Source: Octopus sinensis (lineage: Eukaryota). From it: a DNA stretch of 64,000 bases. The notes beneath the pieces are model-generated. The model was not told the DNA's origin and did not search any database. It worked only from the letters and a program-made list of their open reading frames with translations. Position numbers and translations under genes: made by a program. Location of the stretch: contig NC_043001.1 of assembly GCF_006345805.1 (NCBI RefSeq), positions 116,808,001-116,872,000 of the forward strand, written 5' to 3'. Numbering within the stretch: position 1 is the first letter of the stretch; each line of letters starts with the position of its first letter. This document shows, in pieces, positions 25,160 through 37,939 of the stretch.

Positions 25160-25450
25160 TCATCATTATTATCATCATCGTCTTTTAGCGTCAGCTTTCC
25201 ATTCTGGCATAGGTTATACGGTTTGACTGAAACTGGAAAGCTGAACCAGGTTCCAATCTGATTTGGCATGGTTTCTACTGCTGGATGCCCTTCTTAACGC
25301 CAACTACTCCAAGAGTGTAAAGGGTGCTTTTATGTGCCACTTACATGACACTGGCATCGGCCATGACTCTGATTTCACTTGGCTTCACTGGTCTTCTCAA
25401 GCATGGAATATCACCAAAGATCTCAGTCGCTTGTCATTGCTTCTGTGACT
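25160..25450 (-). mobile_element. Dispersed repeat family C (SINE/LINE 3' region with (TGA)n tail)
   Basis: Reverse complement of GGTTGGCGTTAGGAAGGGCATCCAGC..AGAAAC and tail; related copies at ~30862-31062, ~37683-37935 (-) and 39385-39842 (+). Confidence 0.75.
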
Positions 25451-25479
25451 GAGACCTTATATATTGTGCTTGAGAAGTT

Positions 25480-25735
25480 AGTTAGTTAGTTAATTTTTTG
25501 GCTCAAAAAGCAAAAAGCAAGGCCATGTAGGGGGACATGGAGTTATGTACAGGGTGGTGTTCATGTAAAGAGTTCAGGCCACTTGTGGTCAAGGGAGACT
25601 TTGAACTGAGCGGTCGTCGGCATCTTCACCATCTCGTCCGGCAGCTTATTCCACGGACCCGCAACCCGGACGGAGAAAGCTCCTCTCCTTCGAGAAGACC
25701 CGTGAAGTCATAGTCGTGACCAATGCCGGTGGCAT
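25480..25735 (-). mobile_element. CR1-clade LINE 3' end
   Basis: RRRAFSVRVAGPWNKLPDEMVKMPTTAQFKVSLDHKW then a 3' UTR ending in (TAAC)n. Confidence 0.8.
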
Positions 25736-26707
25736 GTAAATTTCTTCTGCCTTTTTAAATGCAAAGTCTTTCATCAGATCCTCACCATGATATCATGAAC
25801 ACTTCATAATTATATTTCTGATCATGTAAACTACTTTGAAAATTAGCAAGTTTAGAGTGAATCTCTTTTATGCTGTAAACCATTTACCGTTTCTGTAGTG
25901 ATCGCCTTCCCTTGATGCATTAATCACATGCTTATTTTGCTTAATGGTTAATGCAGCATTGGTTGTAGTGATGGTGTTGTTGTGTGGTTGTTGTTGGTTG
26001 AATATTTGCTTTTAGCTGCAAATCAGATGTAACCGAGCAAACTTGAAATCAGGCATTCCAACCATAACCATCTTGTCTTTTTTCTTGTGTCCTTTCTTTA
26101 TTGAGATACAAGAGTGTAATATAAGAGAGATTTGGCTGCTACTTTTAGCTTGTCAAACGACCAGATAAAGCCTCTCATTGTTGTTCTGATGGCACACAAG
26201 GAGCTGGTGGAGTGACAAGTTGCGATTCACAGAGCCATCTTAGTAGTGATACAATATCCTCTCTGTAAATGAGGATTGCTGCATTCTCAGACAAATGGTG
26301 AGGAATCCTATAAATATGCAGTTGTGGAAATGTGAACATGTTTTTCTGTCCATTGTCCAGTATTTTCGTGTATGTCCATAGATTTCGGTGGTCTTCACAG
26401 TAGAGGCAGGTAAGCTGGATTCCTCAGAGTGTGACAATATCTATTCCTCTGCAGTTATCATTGTTGATCTAAGTATCTCCTCTCAGTACAACGATTGATG
26501 TGAAGTGAGGCTAGTGGCATTGCAGCTAATTCTCTGTGGATGTGTTCTTAAATTTGTCTGGATAGATAATATACTTACGTGTTGTAGATGTGTGATCTGT
26601 TTGAAGGTGTTTTTATCATGTCATGACAGGAAGTGTAATGGTTGAATGTCCAGACAGTCTTTCATGTTTAATATTTTTCTTTCATTGTGTTAGTTTTGTG
26701 TAGTTGT

Positions 26708-27126
26708 GGACGGCGAGCTGGCAGAGACGTTAGCATGCCAGGCGAAATGCTTAGCGGTATTTCATCTGCCGTTTCGTTCTGAGTTCAAATTCCGCCGAGG
26801 TCGACTTGGCCTTTCATCCTTTCGAGGTCGATAAATTAAGTACCAGTTGAGCACTGGGGTCGATATAATCGACTTAATGCCTATGTCTGTCCTTATTTGC
26901 CCCTTCTGTGTTTAGCCCCTTGTGGGTAATAAAGAAATAGGTATTTCGTCTGCCGTTTCGTTCTGAGTTCAAATTCCGCCGAGGTCGACTTTGCCTTTCA
27001 TCCTTTCGGGGTCGATAAAGTAAGTACCAGTTACGCACTGGGGTCGCTATAATCGACTTAATCCGTTTGTTTGTCCTTGTTTGTCTCCTCTGTGTTTAGC
27101 CCGTTGTGGGTAGTAAAGAAATAGGT
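26708..27126 (+). mobile_element. SINE family B dimer, low divergence
   Basis: Full copy followed by a second copy starting at GTATTTCGTCTGCC; the two units are nearly identical. Confidence 0.9.
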
Positions 27127-27414
27127 CTTTGTGCAATCTGTTATGAATTGTAGTGCACAGTTTTGTGTTCCTTGTGGTTTGTTGTGGAGAGACTGTAAAC
27201 CCAAGTACAACCAATGTGGTTCATAATGGATTTAATGTATTGCTTGTGTACCATTGATGTTGTTTCTGCTGCACAAACGTAGTGCCTCTGATTGCTTTAT
27301 GTACGTTTGCATCGTGTTGCTGTGTTGTGGAAGAAGAGTTTCATGTGTCTCCTAGTATTTCTATCTTCTGTATGTGGCATGTTTATGTTGCTACATGTGA
27401 TATCTTTTCTCTAA

Positions 27415-27812
27415 TCTTTTACTTGTTTCAGTCATTTGACTGTGGCCATGCTGGAGCACCGCCTTTAGTCGAGCAAATCGACCCCCGGGACTTATTCTTT
27501 GTAAGCCTAGTACTTATTCTATCGGTCTCTTTTGCCGAACCGCTAAGTGACGGCGGCGTAAACACACCAGCATCGGTTGTCAAGCAATGCTTGAGGGACA
27601 AACACAGACACACAAACATATACACACACACTTATATATATACATATATACGACGGGCTTCTTTCAGTTTCCGTCTACCAAATCCACTCACAAGGCATTG
27701 GTCGGCCCGGGGCTATAGCAGAAGACACTTGCCCAAGATGCCACGCAGTGGGACTGAACCCGGAACCATGTGGTTGGTTAGCAAGCTACTTACCACACAG
27801 CCACTCCTGCGC
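27415..27812 (-). mobile_element. SINE family A, full length
   Basis: Head GCGCAGGAGTGGCTGTGTGGTAAGTAGC..GGTTCCGGGTTCAGTCCCACTGCG; highly similar to 28228-28628. Confidence 0.9.
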
Positions 27813-28227
27813 TTATATCAATTTATTTGATATTCTCTGCTGTTACTGCTGTAAAGGGGACAGTACATTTGGTAGATGATGCTTTAAACCTGTTGCTGGG
27901 GAATCCATGTCAAGGTGATTTAAGTATGGTTGAAGTAGTTGTAAAGTAATGTCTGGAGAGTCATGGAAGGGAGTGAGTGTGATATCAGTATAAGGGGCTG
28001 TTTGTCTGGTGGCGTGGGAAGATCATGTAGGAATAGGCTGAAAGGAGTGAGTGAGAGGTCGAATCCCTGTGGTACTCCATTTGGGGAAATGCATGCCCTG
28101 GAAGTGTTCCTGTGCACCTTATTAGTTAGGCAGCCTGATAAGCTGGCCAGTGTGTGTTGAGGAAATATTGAGTATTTTTTGTATGAATGAATAGCAGAAA
28201 ATGAAGTTAAAAATGTTGATAGCATAT

Positions 28228-28628
28228 CTCTTTTACTCTTTTACTTGTTTCAGTCATTTGACTGCGGCCATGCTGGAGCACCGCCTTTAATCGAGCAACT
28301 CGACCCTGGGACTTATTCTTTTGTAAGCCCAGTACTTATTCTATCAGTCTCTTTTGCCGAACCGCTAAGTAACGGGGACGTAAACACACCAGCATCGGTT
28401 GTCAAGCAATGCGAGGGGGACAAACACAGACACTCAAACACACACATAGATATATATATACACATATACGACGGGCTTCTTTTCAGTTTCCGTCTACCAA
28501 ATCCACTCACAAGGCTTTGGTCGGCCCGAGGCTATAGTAGAAGACACTTGCCCAAGGTGCCACGCAGTGGGACTGAACCCGGAACCATGTGGATGGTAAA
28601 CAAGCTACTTACCACACAGCCACTCCTG
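28228..28628 (-). mobile_element. SINE family A, full length
   Basis: As above; tail (GTAAAAGA)x2; splits the LINE RT coding region. Confidence 0.9.
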
Positions 28629-30151
28629 AGAGGTTTTTTTTTTTTTTTGGTGGTGGTGATGAAGCCTTCATTTTCTGTGTTAGGTTTGTGAGCAGCATGT
28701 TGGTTGAGTGTAGTGGGTTAAATCCATGTTGTGTTTTGGAGAGTGGGATGTGTGGGTTAGTGAAGCCATGGACTAGCTTTTCTAGGATATGAAGAAGGTG
28801 ATAGGTCTGTATGATGCTACTTAAGTTTTTGTTGGGCTTTAGGATTAAGATTTTCCCAGCTTCTAGATTCTGAGAATTTGACAAAATTGATAGAAGTAGT
28901 TACAGATCTTGGTGAATGCAGTAATTCCTCCATGCCCTAGGTCTTTTACATGTGTCCTTGTGATTTTTATTTAGCCTTAAGGCCTCTGAATTTTTAGGGT
29001 TCCCTACTGCATGTTGGTGACTGATGGAATGAAGGCATCAAAATCTTGTTCTAGACTGAAGGTACACTTCCTCTTTTTCTTTTCATGTTCCTTGTTTCTT
29101 TGTGTGTGGTTTTTGGCAGTTGATTTTTGAGAAATGTCTGCTAAGTGTTTGCTTAGTGTTGCTATATGTATTATTTGATATTGTTGTTGAGACATGGTGT
29201 GTGATGAGACTGTTGTTGATGATGATGATACTAACTGTTTCTTATATACTTTTTCACAGTTAGGGTCCAAGAAAACTGGCGGTAGTAACTTATATCAGCT
29301 TAAATTATACAGTAAGGTTGCAAGTTTGGATAAGTTTGTATGTCATGGGAAGAAGAGACATCATGTTTCCATGCTATCATTTTACCAGAAATGGAGAACT
29401 TTATTTTGGTTGTGGTGAAAGGACAGCACTGAAATGTTAGATTCCTCTTTTTCCCATAGGACTTAAACTTGCAAACTTATTTTGATTGAAAGCCTATTTC
29501 ATAGAGAATGGTGTTTAAAAGAACTCGACCTCTTTTTGTTGATCTCATTGTAAAAAGTTTGATTGAAAATCATCTTTACAAAATAATCTGACCTCTTTCA
29601 ATTAACATTTTGACAAATATTTTAGGAACAATTTAAAAGGAGGAATGACCTCACTGTGATTCTCCCCTAGGTTTATGATTATCTTAAGGGGTACACATGT
29701 TGGCTCAATGTTCAGCCATTTACATATTAATTTAAGAGTAACAGGTAATTCATTTGATTGAACGACTGAATCCTTATCAATGAAATCAATGCAGATTCAC
29801 CTATTTACTATAGACCTTCTGAAACAACTGTGATCTTTATAATACTGTAGCAGTGTTTTTCCAAGAGTGTTCATTGGTATTCCTTAAGAAGTGTTGGTGT
29901 TCTCCCATTGAAGATATGTCGTTAATATTTAGTAAGAAATTTGACCTTGTGTTAGTTTGATTTTAATATTTTTTTTTTAAATGTAAGAATTTATAAAGTA
30001 GGAAAGATGATGGTTGTCATGTATGCATTTGATAAAACTTTCAAATTTCCTATCACCCAAACAAACTTTTTTGTAAATATCTAAATGTATTTCTTCTTTA
30101 AAGTTTGTACTTAACCTCATTTTCTTTTGTATTTGACAGAAAAATCTTACA

Positions 30152-30205
30152 ATGGGCAAGAAAGGTTTAAAGTTCTTTCTTTTCATAGTGAACATACTGT
30201 TTTTT
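30152..30205 (+). CDS. Tetraspanin coding exon 1 (MGKKGLKFFLFIVNILFF)
   Basis: ATG 30152 inside an exon with acceptor tttgacag|30140; donor TTT|gtaagt at 30206; KxFLFxxNxLFF is the TM1 signature; phase 0. Confidence 0.88.
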
Positions 30206-30489
30206 GTAAGTATTCCTTTTTATACTTGTTTTTTCAGTAAATTTATTTGACTAACCTTTTCTTTTTATTCTTTGAGAGTTTTTAGTTGATCATATCAAGT
30301 CCAGTACTTATTTTATCAACCTAATTCTTATTAACCTGCTAAGTTACATAAGTAAGCATAAACACACACACACACATGCACACACGCGCACACATGCACA
30401 CACACACACACGTGCGTACGCATGTGTTTGTGTGTATGTGTTGTTCATTTGTTTTTATGTCTACTTTTCCCTGGTTTTAATGAAAACTT

Positions 30490-30712
30490 ATTGAAACTAA
30501 AGAAAACCAAATATCAGGACTTGGTTGATGAGCAACTCCTCAAGGGGTAGCGTCTTATTGAAGTTGGCTGTTGTGACAGCTAGAATGGTGTGATATTTAC
30601 TGCAGAAGCTTGGTTTGGAATTCAGACAATTGAAGAAAGTCTCCAAGTAGAATCATATCAGTTGAAACCAGCTCAAAGTGGCTATAGTTGAGGAGAGATT
30701 ACAGGTGGAACC
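30490..30712 (+). pseudogene. HERO/R2-group retrotransposon restriction-like endonuclease C-terminus remnant
   Basis: KKTKYQDLVDEQLLKG*RLIEVGC and, frameshifted, ETSSKWL*LRRD resemble the KxxKYxxL..IEVGxRG..SRWLWLKR tail of HERO-type elements. Confidence 0.55.
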
Positions 30713-31734
30713 CTTTCACAGGTGAAGACTAATTCTGTCCTAACTGCCCCACTGAGCTAAAGGTTAGGGTTAGGGTTTTGAAGCACTAACAGACTCCAGA
30801 CCCGCTGAATCCTGTCAAGATATCCAGTCATGTTAGCCTGGAAGAAGGACATTAAAAGATCATCATCATTTAATGTCCATTTTCCATGCTGGAATGGGTT
30901 GGATGGTTTGACAGAAATTGGCAAGTCAAAAGACTGCACCAAGCTTTGCTGTCTAGCATAGTTTCTATGGCTGGATGCCCTTCCTAATGCCAACCAGTTT
31001 ACTGTGTATACTGGGTGCTTTTTATGTGGCACCGGCAGCAGTGAGGTCACCAAGTAATTTGCTAGCTAAGATCTCTGAACTGGTGAGAATGATGCTGAGG
31101 GACAGAAAAGGTGCCCTGCATTAGAAAGAAACATGGCTGTCCCAGATGGGGAGAAAGAGAGAGAGGAAGAGAAGATGATGATGTAACAAAGAGGGAGCAA
31201 AGGCCATTGCCCAAGTTACAGGCTGTATATAGTGAAGTGGATCAGAGATTGGAAGACAGTAGAAGACTTGATCAAGGTGCTGTGCAGTAGTTTTAGACAT
31301 TGTTACAAAGCGTTTGTCTCAATCACACAGCCTTACTTGTGGCTATACCTCATGTTTAAACTATTTATTGCCATGAGATACAGTGTGTGAGTGGGTAGTG
31401 AGAGTTTCTTGAAGCAAAAAATAATTTTACTTATTTACTATTCTTGACTCTGTAAACTGGACTTTTTTTCTTGTTTTTGTTGTTTGGCTATAGTCATGCA
31501 TGGAGACCATCAGGGGTATATCAATTACATTGCCTTCTCCATGTATGTACTTTGTATTTTATCATTCCAAGGTCAGTAAAGTGAACCTGGGTGAAATTTG
31601 AACTTTGAACATAAAGGGACATAACCAAATACCAGAGTATTTTATTGACTGCTCTTAATTCTGCCATTTGCTCGTTAAGTAGGAATATAATCTCATATTG
31701 TCTACCAAACACACATTTGTTATTTTAATCTTTA

Positions 31735-32045
31735 GATAACCTATTATCAGCTCTATTTCCTCAGAGGTAACCTATTATCAGCTCTATTTCCTCTAGGATT
31801 ACTCATTTCCTGTCTACTCTCTTCTGGAACATTATATTATCAACTCTGCTTCCTCTAGGATATCATATTCTCACCTTGAGATGACATATATTCTTAATCT
31901 TGGAGAACCTAATCACAGTTTTATTACCTCTGGGATAACCTACTATCAGTTTTATTTCCCCTGGGATAATCCATTTTCGGTCTTATTTTCGCCTGGGATA
32001 ACATGTTCTCAGCTTTATTTTCCCTCAGTCCTGTTCCTCTGGGCA
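31735..32045. repeat. Degenerate ~30-bp minisatellite
   Basis: Unit ~GGATAACCTATTATCAGCTCTATTTCCTCT; first two units nearly identical, roughly ten decayed units in total. Confidence 0.75.
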
Positions 32046-32117
32046 AAGATGCCCAACACAAAGTATCATAGCATTCATTACGATTTCTCAGTTATATGTA
32101 TAGTCTGCCTCAGCACA

Positions 32118-32450
32118 TTAATCATCATCATTGTTCGACTGTGGTCGAGACAATGGAATTTACCATGCGACGCCAGACTTCACGGTCCATCATGGCATTA
32201 CGGAGGTCCTGTTGCTGGATGCCTGTATCCCTGGAGATTACATCAGGGTAGGAGAGTGTGCGCCCTCTGGTATTGCGAGTAGATGGCTTCCAGAGGAGAA
32301 GAGTAGAAATTACCTCTTTTTCAGCTCTACAACAATGTCCAGCAAACTGGACTCTCCTACCTTTCACAAGAGATGACACAGGTGGTAGTTTCCCATATAT
32401 TTGCATTTTGGTTGGATGGCGCTTCCACAAGAGATTTTGAGCTCAACCTT
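32118..32450 (-). mobile_element. RTE-group LINE 3' end with (ATG)n tail
   Basis: RRVQFAGHCCRAEKEVISTLLLWKP..RGRTLSYPDVISRDTG..AMMDREVWR then stop and ATG repeats. Confidence 0.85.
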
Positions 32451-32614
32451 TGCAACCACACACTTTCCACCTTTGTCGCACATTAAAACCTACAGCTGTT
32501 AACTGGGTGGATAACGATGTATATTTTGTTATTTATGTTTATGTTTTGTAGTAGTTGTTTGTTTAGCTTTTGTTCATCTCTGACTGATCAGGTCTATCAT
32601 CTGCTCATCTCTTA

Positions 32615-33005
32615 TATTTTACTTGTTTCAGTTATTAGACTCTGGCCATCTGAGGCATTGCCTTGAGGAATTTTAGTTGAATGAATTGATTCCAGTACTT
32701 TTATCTAAGCTTGGTACTTATTCTGTTGGCCTATTTTGCCGAACTGCTAAGTTACGGGCATGTAAACACACCAACACCAGGTGTCAAGAAGTGGTGGGGG
32801 ACAAACACAGCCACAAACATACACATAGATATATACATATACAATGGGATTCTTTCAGTTTTCATCTATCAAATCTATTCACAAGGCTTTGGTTTGCCCG
32901 TGGCTATAGTAGAAGACACTTGCTCAAGGTGCTATGCAGTGCGACTGAACCTGGAACCATGTGGTTGGGAAGCAAACTTCTTACCACACAGCCACTCCAG
33001 CACCT
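32615..33005 (-). mobile_element. SINE family A, diverged
   Basis: Alignable by eye with 27415-27812. Confidence 0.8.
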
Positions 33006-34014
33006 GTCATGTATATCAATTTTGAAAAATTATAGAGAATGTGAAGTAATTTAGTTATACATTTAATTTTTCCATCTATTGGCATATTTAAGCTGCTGTT
33101 TTTCACATAAAAGGCTGCTCTTACATAAAATTATGGTAGCTGGTTTTACTTTAAATATGAATGCTTTGAAACCAGTGGTGTTTTGTAACAAAGAATCAGG
33201 TTATCTGTGGTACATTGGTATTGAAAGGGTTAATATATTTGGCTAAATAACACACATACACACACACACACACACACACAGCAAACAAAGAGAAAATGTT
33301 TATATTTTGCCACTAAAAAAGAAGTCTTCAAACTTTGCTACAATAAATTAAATATTTTGTTAGCTGTATGATTAGGAGGTAAAATTTAAGAACCTCAAGT
33401 CAGGAATTAAAATCTTGTTGTTGGTGTATTTCCATACCATAAATCACTTGTTGAGTATATAGGCATGTTTGCTCTCTGCACTTTGCTTCTTTTCTACCAC
33501 AATTTGGAATCAACCAAAGCCTCATGAGTGAAATTTGGTAGATGGAAACTGTGTAGAAGCCCATCAGAGGGACATTTCAGTTTTTGGGTGGTAGATTTAA
33601 CCCAGTTATAGAAAACTTGTAGCCCATGGGATTTTCTGAAAGGTATGCCTAATGAAAATTTACCTTGAATTTTTTTTTTAGTATTACACTCTGCTTAATG
33701 ATGAACCATCTCCCATGTGGCCTACTTCACAAAAACGGTTTCCCATGCCTGATTTAACCCATTACCCAGTTTAATACCTAAATGTAGTCCTTGGGCATCT
33801 CTTTTCTTCTCTTACTGTCATCAGTCTCAGAAGTGCTGGAAGGGATCATAAACACATATCTAAGCTTACTTTCCATGTCTGCTCATCTCGCTTTCTCTCC
33901 GCATTCATCCTTTCCATTCTGCTTCTCCAGTCTCTCTTTCTGTACATTTCTTCATATTATCTTTATATCTTATGATTTATTTATGTTTTACTTTTTTTTT
34001 TAATAATTTTCCAG

Positions 34015-34206
34015 ATTGCGGGTTTGGTGACATTTGCAATTGGAGTATGGACTGCTACGGACAGAATCTTCATGTCAGATATCATTGGTTCTAACCTCTA
34101 TTCATCAGCATCATATATGATGATCATATCTGGTATTGTCATCACTTTGGTATCGATTTTAGGATGTGTCACTTCCTGGAGAGAAATGCGATTTGGTGTC
34201 CTTATA
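34015..34206 (+). CDS. Tetraspanin coding exon 2 (TM1 end, EC1, TM2)
   Basis: ttccag|ATT...ATA|gtaagt; 192 nt; IAGLVTFAIGVW...SNLYSSASYMMIISGIVITLVSILGCVTSWREMRFGVLI. Confidence 0.95.
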
Positions 34207-34566
34207 GTAAGTCAGTTACTTCCTTTTCACTTTTTATCCCCCTCATGCATGTTTGTGTGCGCATGTGTCTCTATAAAATGTGTTTGGAGAGACAAGACTA
34301 TGCTTTAGTGCAGACAACTTTATCTTGGAAGGTAATAACTTGTGAGTAAGAATTGATACAATGATCATCAGCCAAATACTCAACCCCATCAAGGTTTCTG
34401 TCATTTAGGTATTGTACATCTCCATTTGCATGTACATGCCAGGCAGAAAGAAATAAACAGTACTTGCATTTAGCATACTGTGGGAAAAAGAAACTGTCTT
34501 ATGACAATAATGTACAAAAAACTTGTACATTATTTTCATTTGCTTTCTAAAAAGTCATTTTTTTAA

Positions 34567-34786
34567 CCCTTTCGTTACTGTATTTATTTTGAGATGCTCT
34601 GTGTTTCTTTCAATTACTTTAAATATAACAAAGATTTTAGTAAAATAACTTAGTTATCATTCAGCTAGTGTCAGGAACATAAATTGTGACTCAGGTTTGG
34701 TGAAAGATTTTAATTCAGAACTTATGAAAACAAGACATTTGTACTCAGAGCTAGAGCCAGTTTCAGCTGGGTTGGTAATGAAAGGG
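34567..34786. mobile_element. piggyBac-like MITE
   Basis: TTAA on both sides (34563-34566, 34787-34790); TIR CCCTTTCGTTAC / GTAATGAAAGGG (11/12). Confidence 0.8.
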
Positions 34787-35672
34787 TTAAACTACTGGTA
34801 TATTATTTTTATAAAATGTATAGGAAATATAAAGTAGGAATAATGTAGAAATATATATAGCTAAAAAATTTGAATAATCTATAATATTCACACCCTCTGT
34901 TTTTTTTTTTTTTTGCCTAATTGTAAACAAAAAATGTATTTTAGCCAATTTTGTTCCTTCTTTACTGTATTATTAAAAAACAAAAAAAATTGAAGATTTT
35001 TTTACCTATTTTGTTTTCTGTATCTTGAAGAAACAAAACAAAGTAATCTTTACATTTTAGTTTTATTGGTAGTGCAGTAATGGTTGATTTGTTGCATGAT
35101 TTTGCAGCTTTGGTAGTATACCAGGGTTAATTCAATATCTACAGATATCAGTTATTTTTATTTTTTAATCAATGGTTTACTTTGGAGGAAGGAGTGATGT
35201 TCATGGCTTTCAAAAGCTTTTTGAGACCCATGAAATCATGGTTAATTTTCTTCTTGTACGCAAGTTAGCAACTGAAGAATGAAGAAAAAATGTATGCTAG
35301 GATGAAATTATAGGGGGTCAGTGTTCTATTGAAGGAGGGTTGGGCATCAGAGCTAGTTTGGTGGGTTGGATACAACATAGGAAATGAGAGAAAGAGAGAT
35401 GAGAGAGTTAAAAGTGACAGAGCAACATGTCATACCAATTAGTTGAATGGCCTTTCTTTGGACACAACCTAACATATTTGTATTATGTAGCTGCAGTTCT
35501 GTCCCAGATGTTGGTGTAGTACCCCATTGTGGGTTTTACCTGAGCTTAGTAGAGAGTCAGTAATTATTGGGAGTTGAAGAGTCTTTGTGATGCTGTTTTG
35601 GTTATGCCGAAAATGTATGTTAACCTGGAGCATTCCTTAGTAAATGTGAAACACTATCCAGATCAACCTTAT

Positions 35673-35732
35673 TAGTCTGAGACAACTTACAAGACCCATG
35701 GCCACATGGGTCTTGCAGGTTGTCTCAGACTA
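35673..35732 (+). other. 60-nt hairpin (28-bp stem, 4-nt loop) in tetraspanin intron 2
   Basis: TAGTCTGAGACAACTTACAAGACCCATG-GCCA-CATGGGTCTTGCAGGTTGTCTCAGACTA; one G-U and one A-C pair. Confidence 0.85.
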
Positions 35733-37939
35733 GATTCTTCAGATTTGAGGAGACCTGTTATCATGAAACCTCAAGATAAAATACCTACTTACTAAATTAG
35801 TATACACTAGCATAGTAATGATAATAACTAAAATGATAACAATCCTTTCTACTATAAGCATAAGGCCTGAAATTTTAGGGGAGGGGACTAGTTGATTACA
35901 CCGACACCTGTGATCAACTGGTACTTAATTTGTTGACCCTGAAAGGATGAAAGGCAAAGTTGACCATGTCAGAATTTGAACTCAGAACATAAAGACGAAT
36001 GAAATGCCATTAAGCATCTTACCCAGCAAGCTAATGATTTTGCCACCATGATGCCCTCACTAAAATGATATTAATGATTATAAGAATTACTAAAATAGTA
36101 ATAACAACACAAATAAACATAATAATAATAATAATAATAGTAGTAGTAGTAATAATAATAGCCCTTTCTACTAAAAGTACAAGGCCTAATAATAATAATA
36201 ATAATAATGATAATAATAAACCATCCCTATTGGATAAATATGCCTTATTTCATTAATATAAACAATAATAATCATCTCTTTCATAGGCACAAAGCCAGAA
36301 ATGTCTGGGAGAGTAACTGTTGATTATATTAGCCTGGTACCATATGTATGTTATTTGCCTGGTACTTCATTTTATAGACCCCAGAGACATGACAGACACA
36401 GTTGACTTTGGTGGGATTTGAACTCAGATCATAAAGAGCCAGAAGAAATACCATGAGGTTTTTTATTTTTTAGTGTCATAAAGGTGGCAGTGACAAACGG
36501 TCATTACAGAAACAAGCTTCATAAAATGTACTGATTTCCACAGAAATCAGATGAATGAGATAAAAAAAAGGAATAATAGCATACCCAATGCACAAATGTG
36601 TGGTAGTCCCCAGAGAGGTGGAGTGCTACCTAGGACCAATCAAAGAACTTCCACAGATCCTGCATTACTCTGGTTCTGCTTGTTCTGACTAAATGCCTTT
36701 TCCCAACTTCCCAGCTGTCATTCTCTCAGGTCTAGAAGGACTGTCTTCACTCCTTCCAGTTGCACTCACTGCACAACAATTTCATGATAGATTTTTAAGA
36801 TGGGCAGGTGAGAAATGTTGAAGGAAGGTATAGTTGATTAGATAATTACCACGAACCTTCCTTCTAGTACTTGACTATTAGTGGAGTAGCAAAATCAATA
36901 GTGTTGTACTGGTGGTTCTCCTTATACATTGTGATGACCCTTTATGTCTATACCCTGAGACAGCTTTACCAGTTCTTCTGGTATTGCAGCTTTGAGAAAA
37001 TAACAATAACAAATGTGCACTTGGAATATTTAGAAGTACCAAAAATAGTTAGCTAAATGAAAGATAGCTAAGGCTTTAATTTGTCTTTTTATGCTTTTAC
37101 TTTTATCTCAGTGTCTAGAATCTGCCTGTGATATGGTGCTGTCCTGAAGGATGTTTTTCATTGACTATGTTGACCTCAGTACTGATTTTTAAGTCTGGTC
37201 CTTATTATAGTAATTTCTATTTATCACACCTTTAAGGAACAAGTTTTTTTTTTTCAAGTAGTGTCGAATGTAAAAACGCACATAAACAAAATCACACACA
37301 CATATACACTTGTCTATGTGCACGAGTGAGTGTGTGTGTGTGTTTGAATGTGAGTGTGTGTGTGTGTGTTTGAATGTGAGTGAGTGTGTGTGTATTTCAA
37401 AATGTGTAAGTATTGACAACAAGATCACTTGGCCTTAAAAACCTTGTCTCACATTCCTGGCCAATCTATGCAAGCATGGAAAAACATACATTAAAAAATG
37501 AATAAGTGTGTGTTTGCTGTGATAGAAGACACTTGTCCAAAGTGCCATGCAGTTGGATTGAACCTTAGACCATGTGGCTGCAAAAGGAACTTATGGTCAT
37601 GTCTGTATCTATGTTAATTTCAAGAAATTATTGTCAGTATATGCTGAATTTTAGGCCTGTAAAAATGCCTTGCTCTATAATGATCATTATTTAATGTCCA
37701 TTTTCCAAGCTGGCATGAGTTGGATGGTTTGACCAGAGCTGGGAAGCTGGAGAGCTGCACCAGGTTCCAGTCTGACTTGACTTGATTCTACAGCTGGATA
37801 CCCTTTCTAACATCAACCACTTTACAGTGTGTTGGGTGCTTTTCATGTGGACTGGCACAGGTGCCTTTTACAGGTGCTCTTTATGTGGACTGATACAGGG
37901 GCTTTTAATATTGACCAGCATGGGTGCTTTTTTATGTGA

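Larger units (their letters stand above)
26230..29280 (-). pseudogene. I/Jockey-group-like non-LTR retrotransposon remnant interrupted by SINEs
   Basis: KNSEALRLNKITRTHVKDLG, ILKPNK..LEKLV..PHIPLSKTQHGFNPLHST, NGVPQGFDLSLTPFSLFLHDLPTP; the part below 27410 is weakly supported. Confidence 0.7.

Noticed and set aside
27740-27812. tRNA gene candidates at SINE heads
   Set aside because: A/B-box-like motifs are present but no cloverleaf; they are SINE promoters.
27282-28691. Long ORFs of 182 aa and 148 aa
   Set aside because: Antisense read-through of SINE family A copies; the same pseudo-peptide recurs at every copy.
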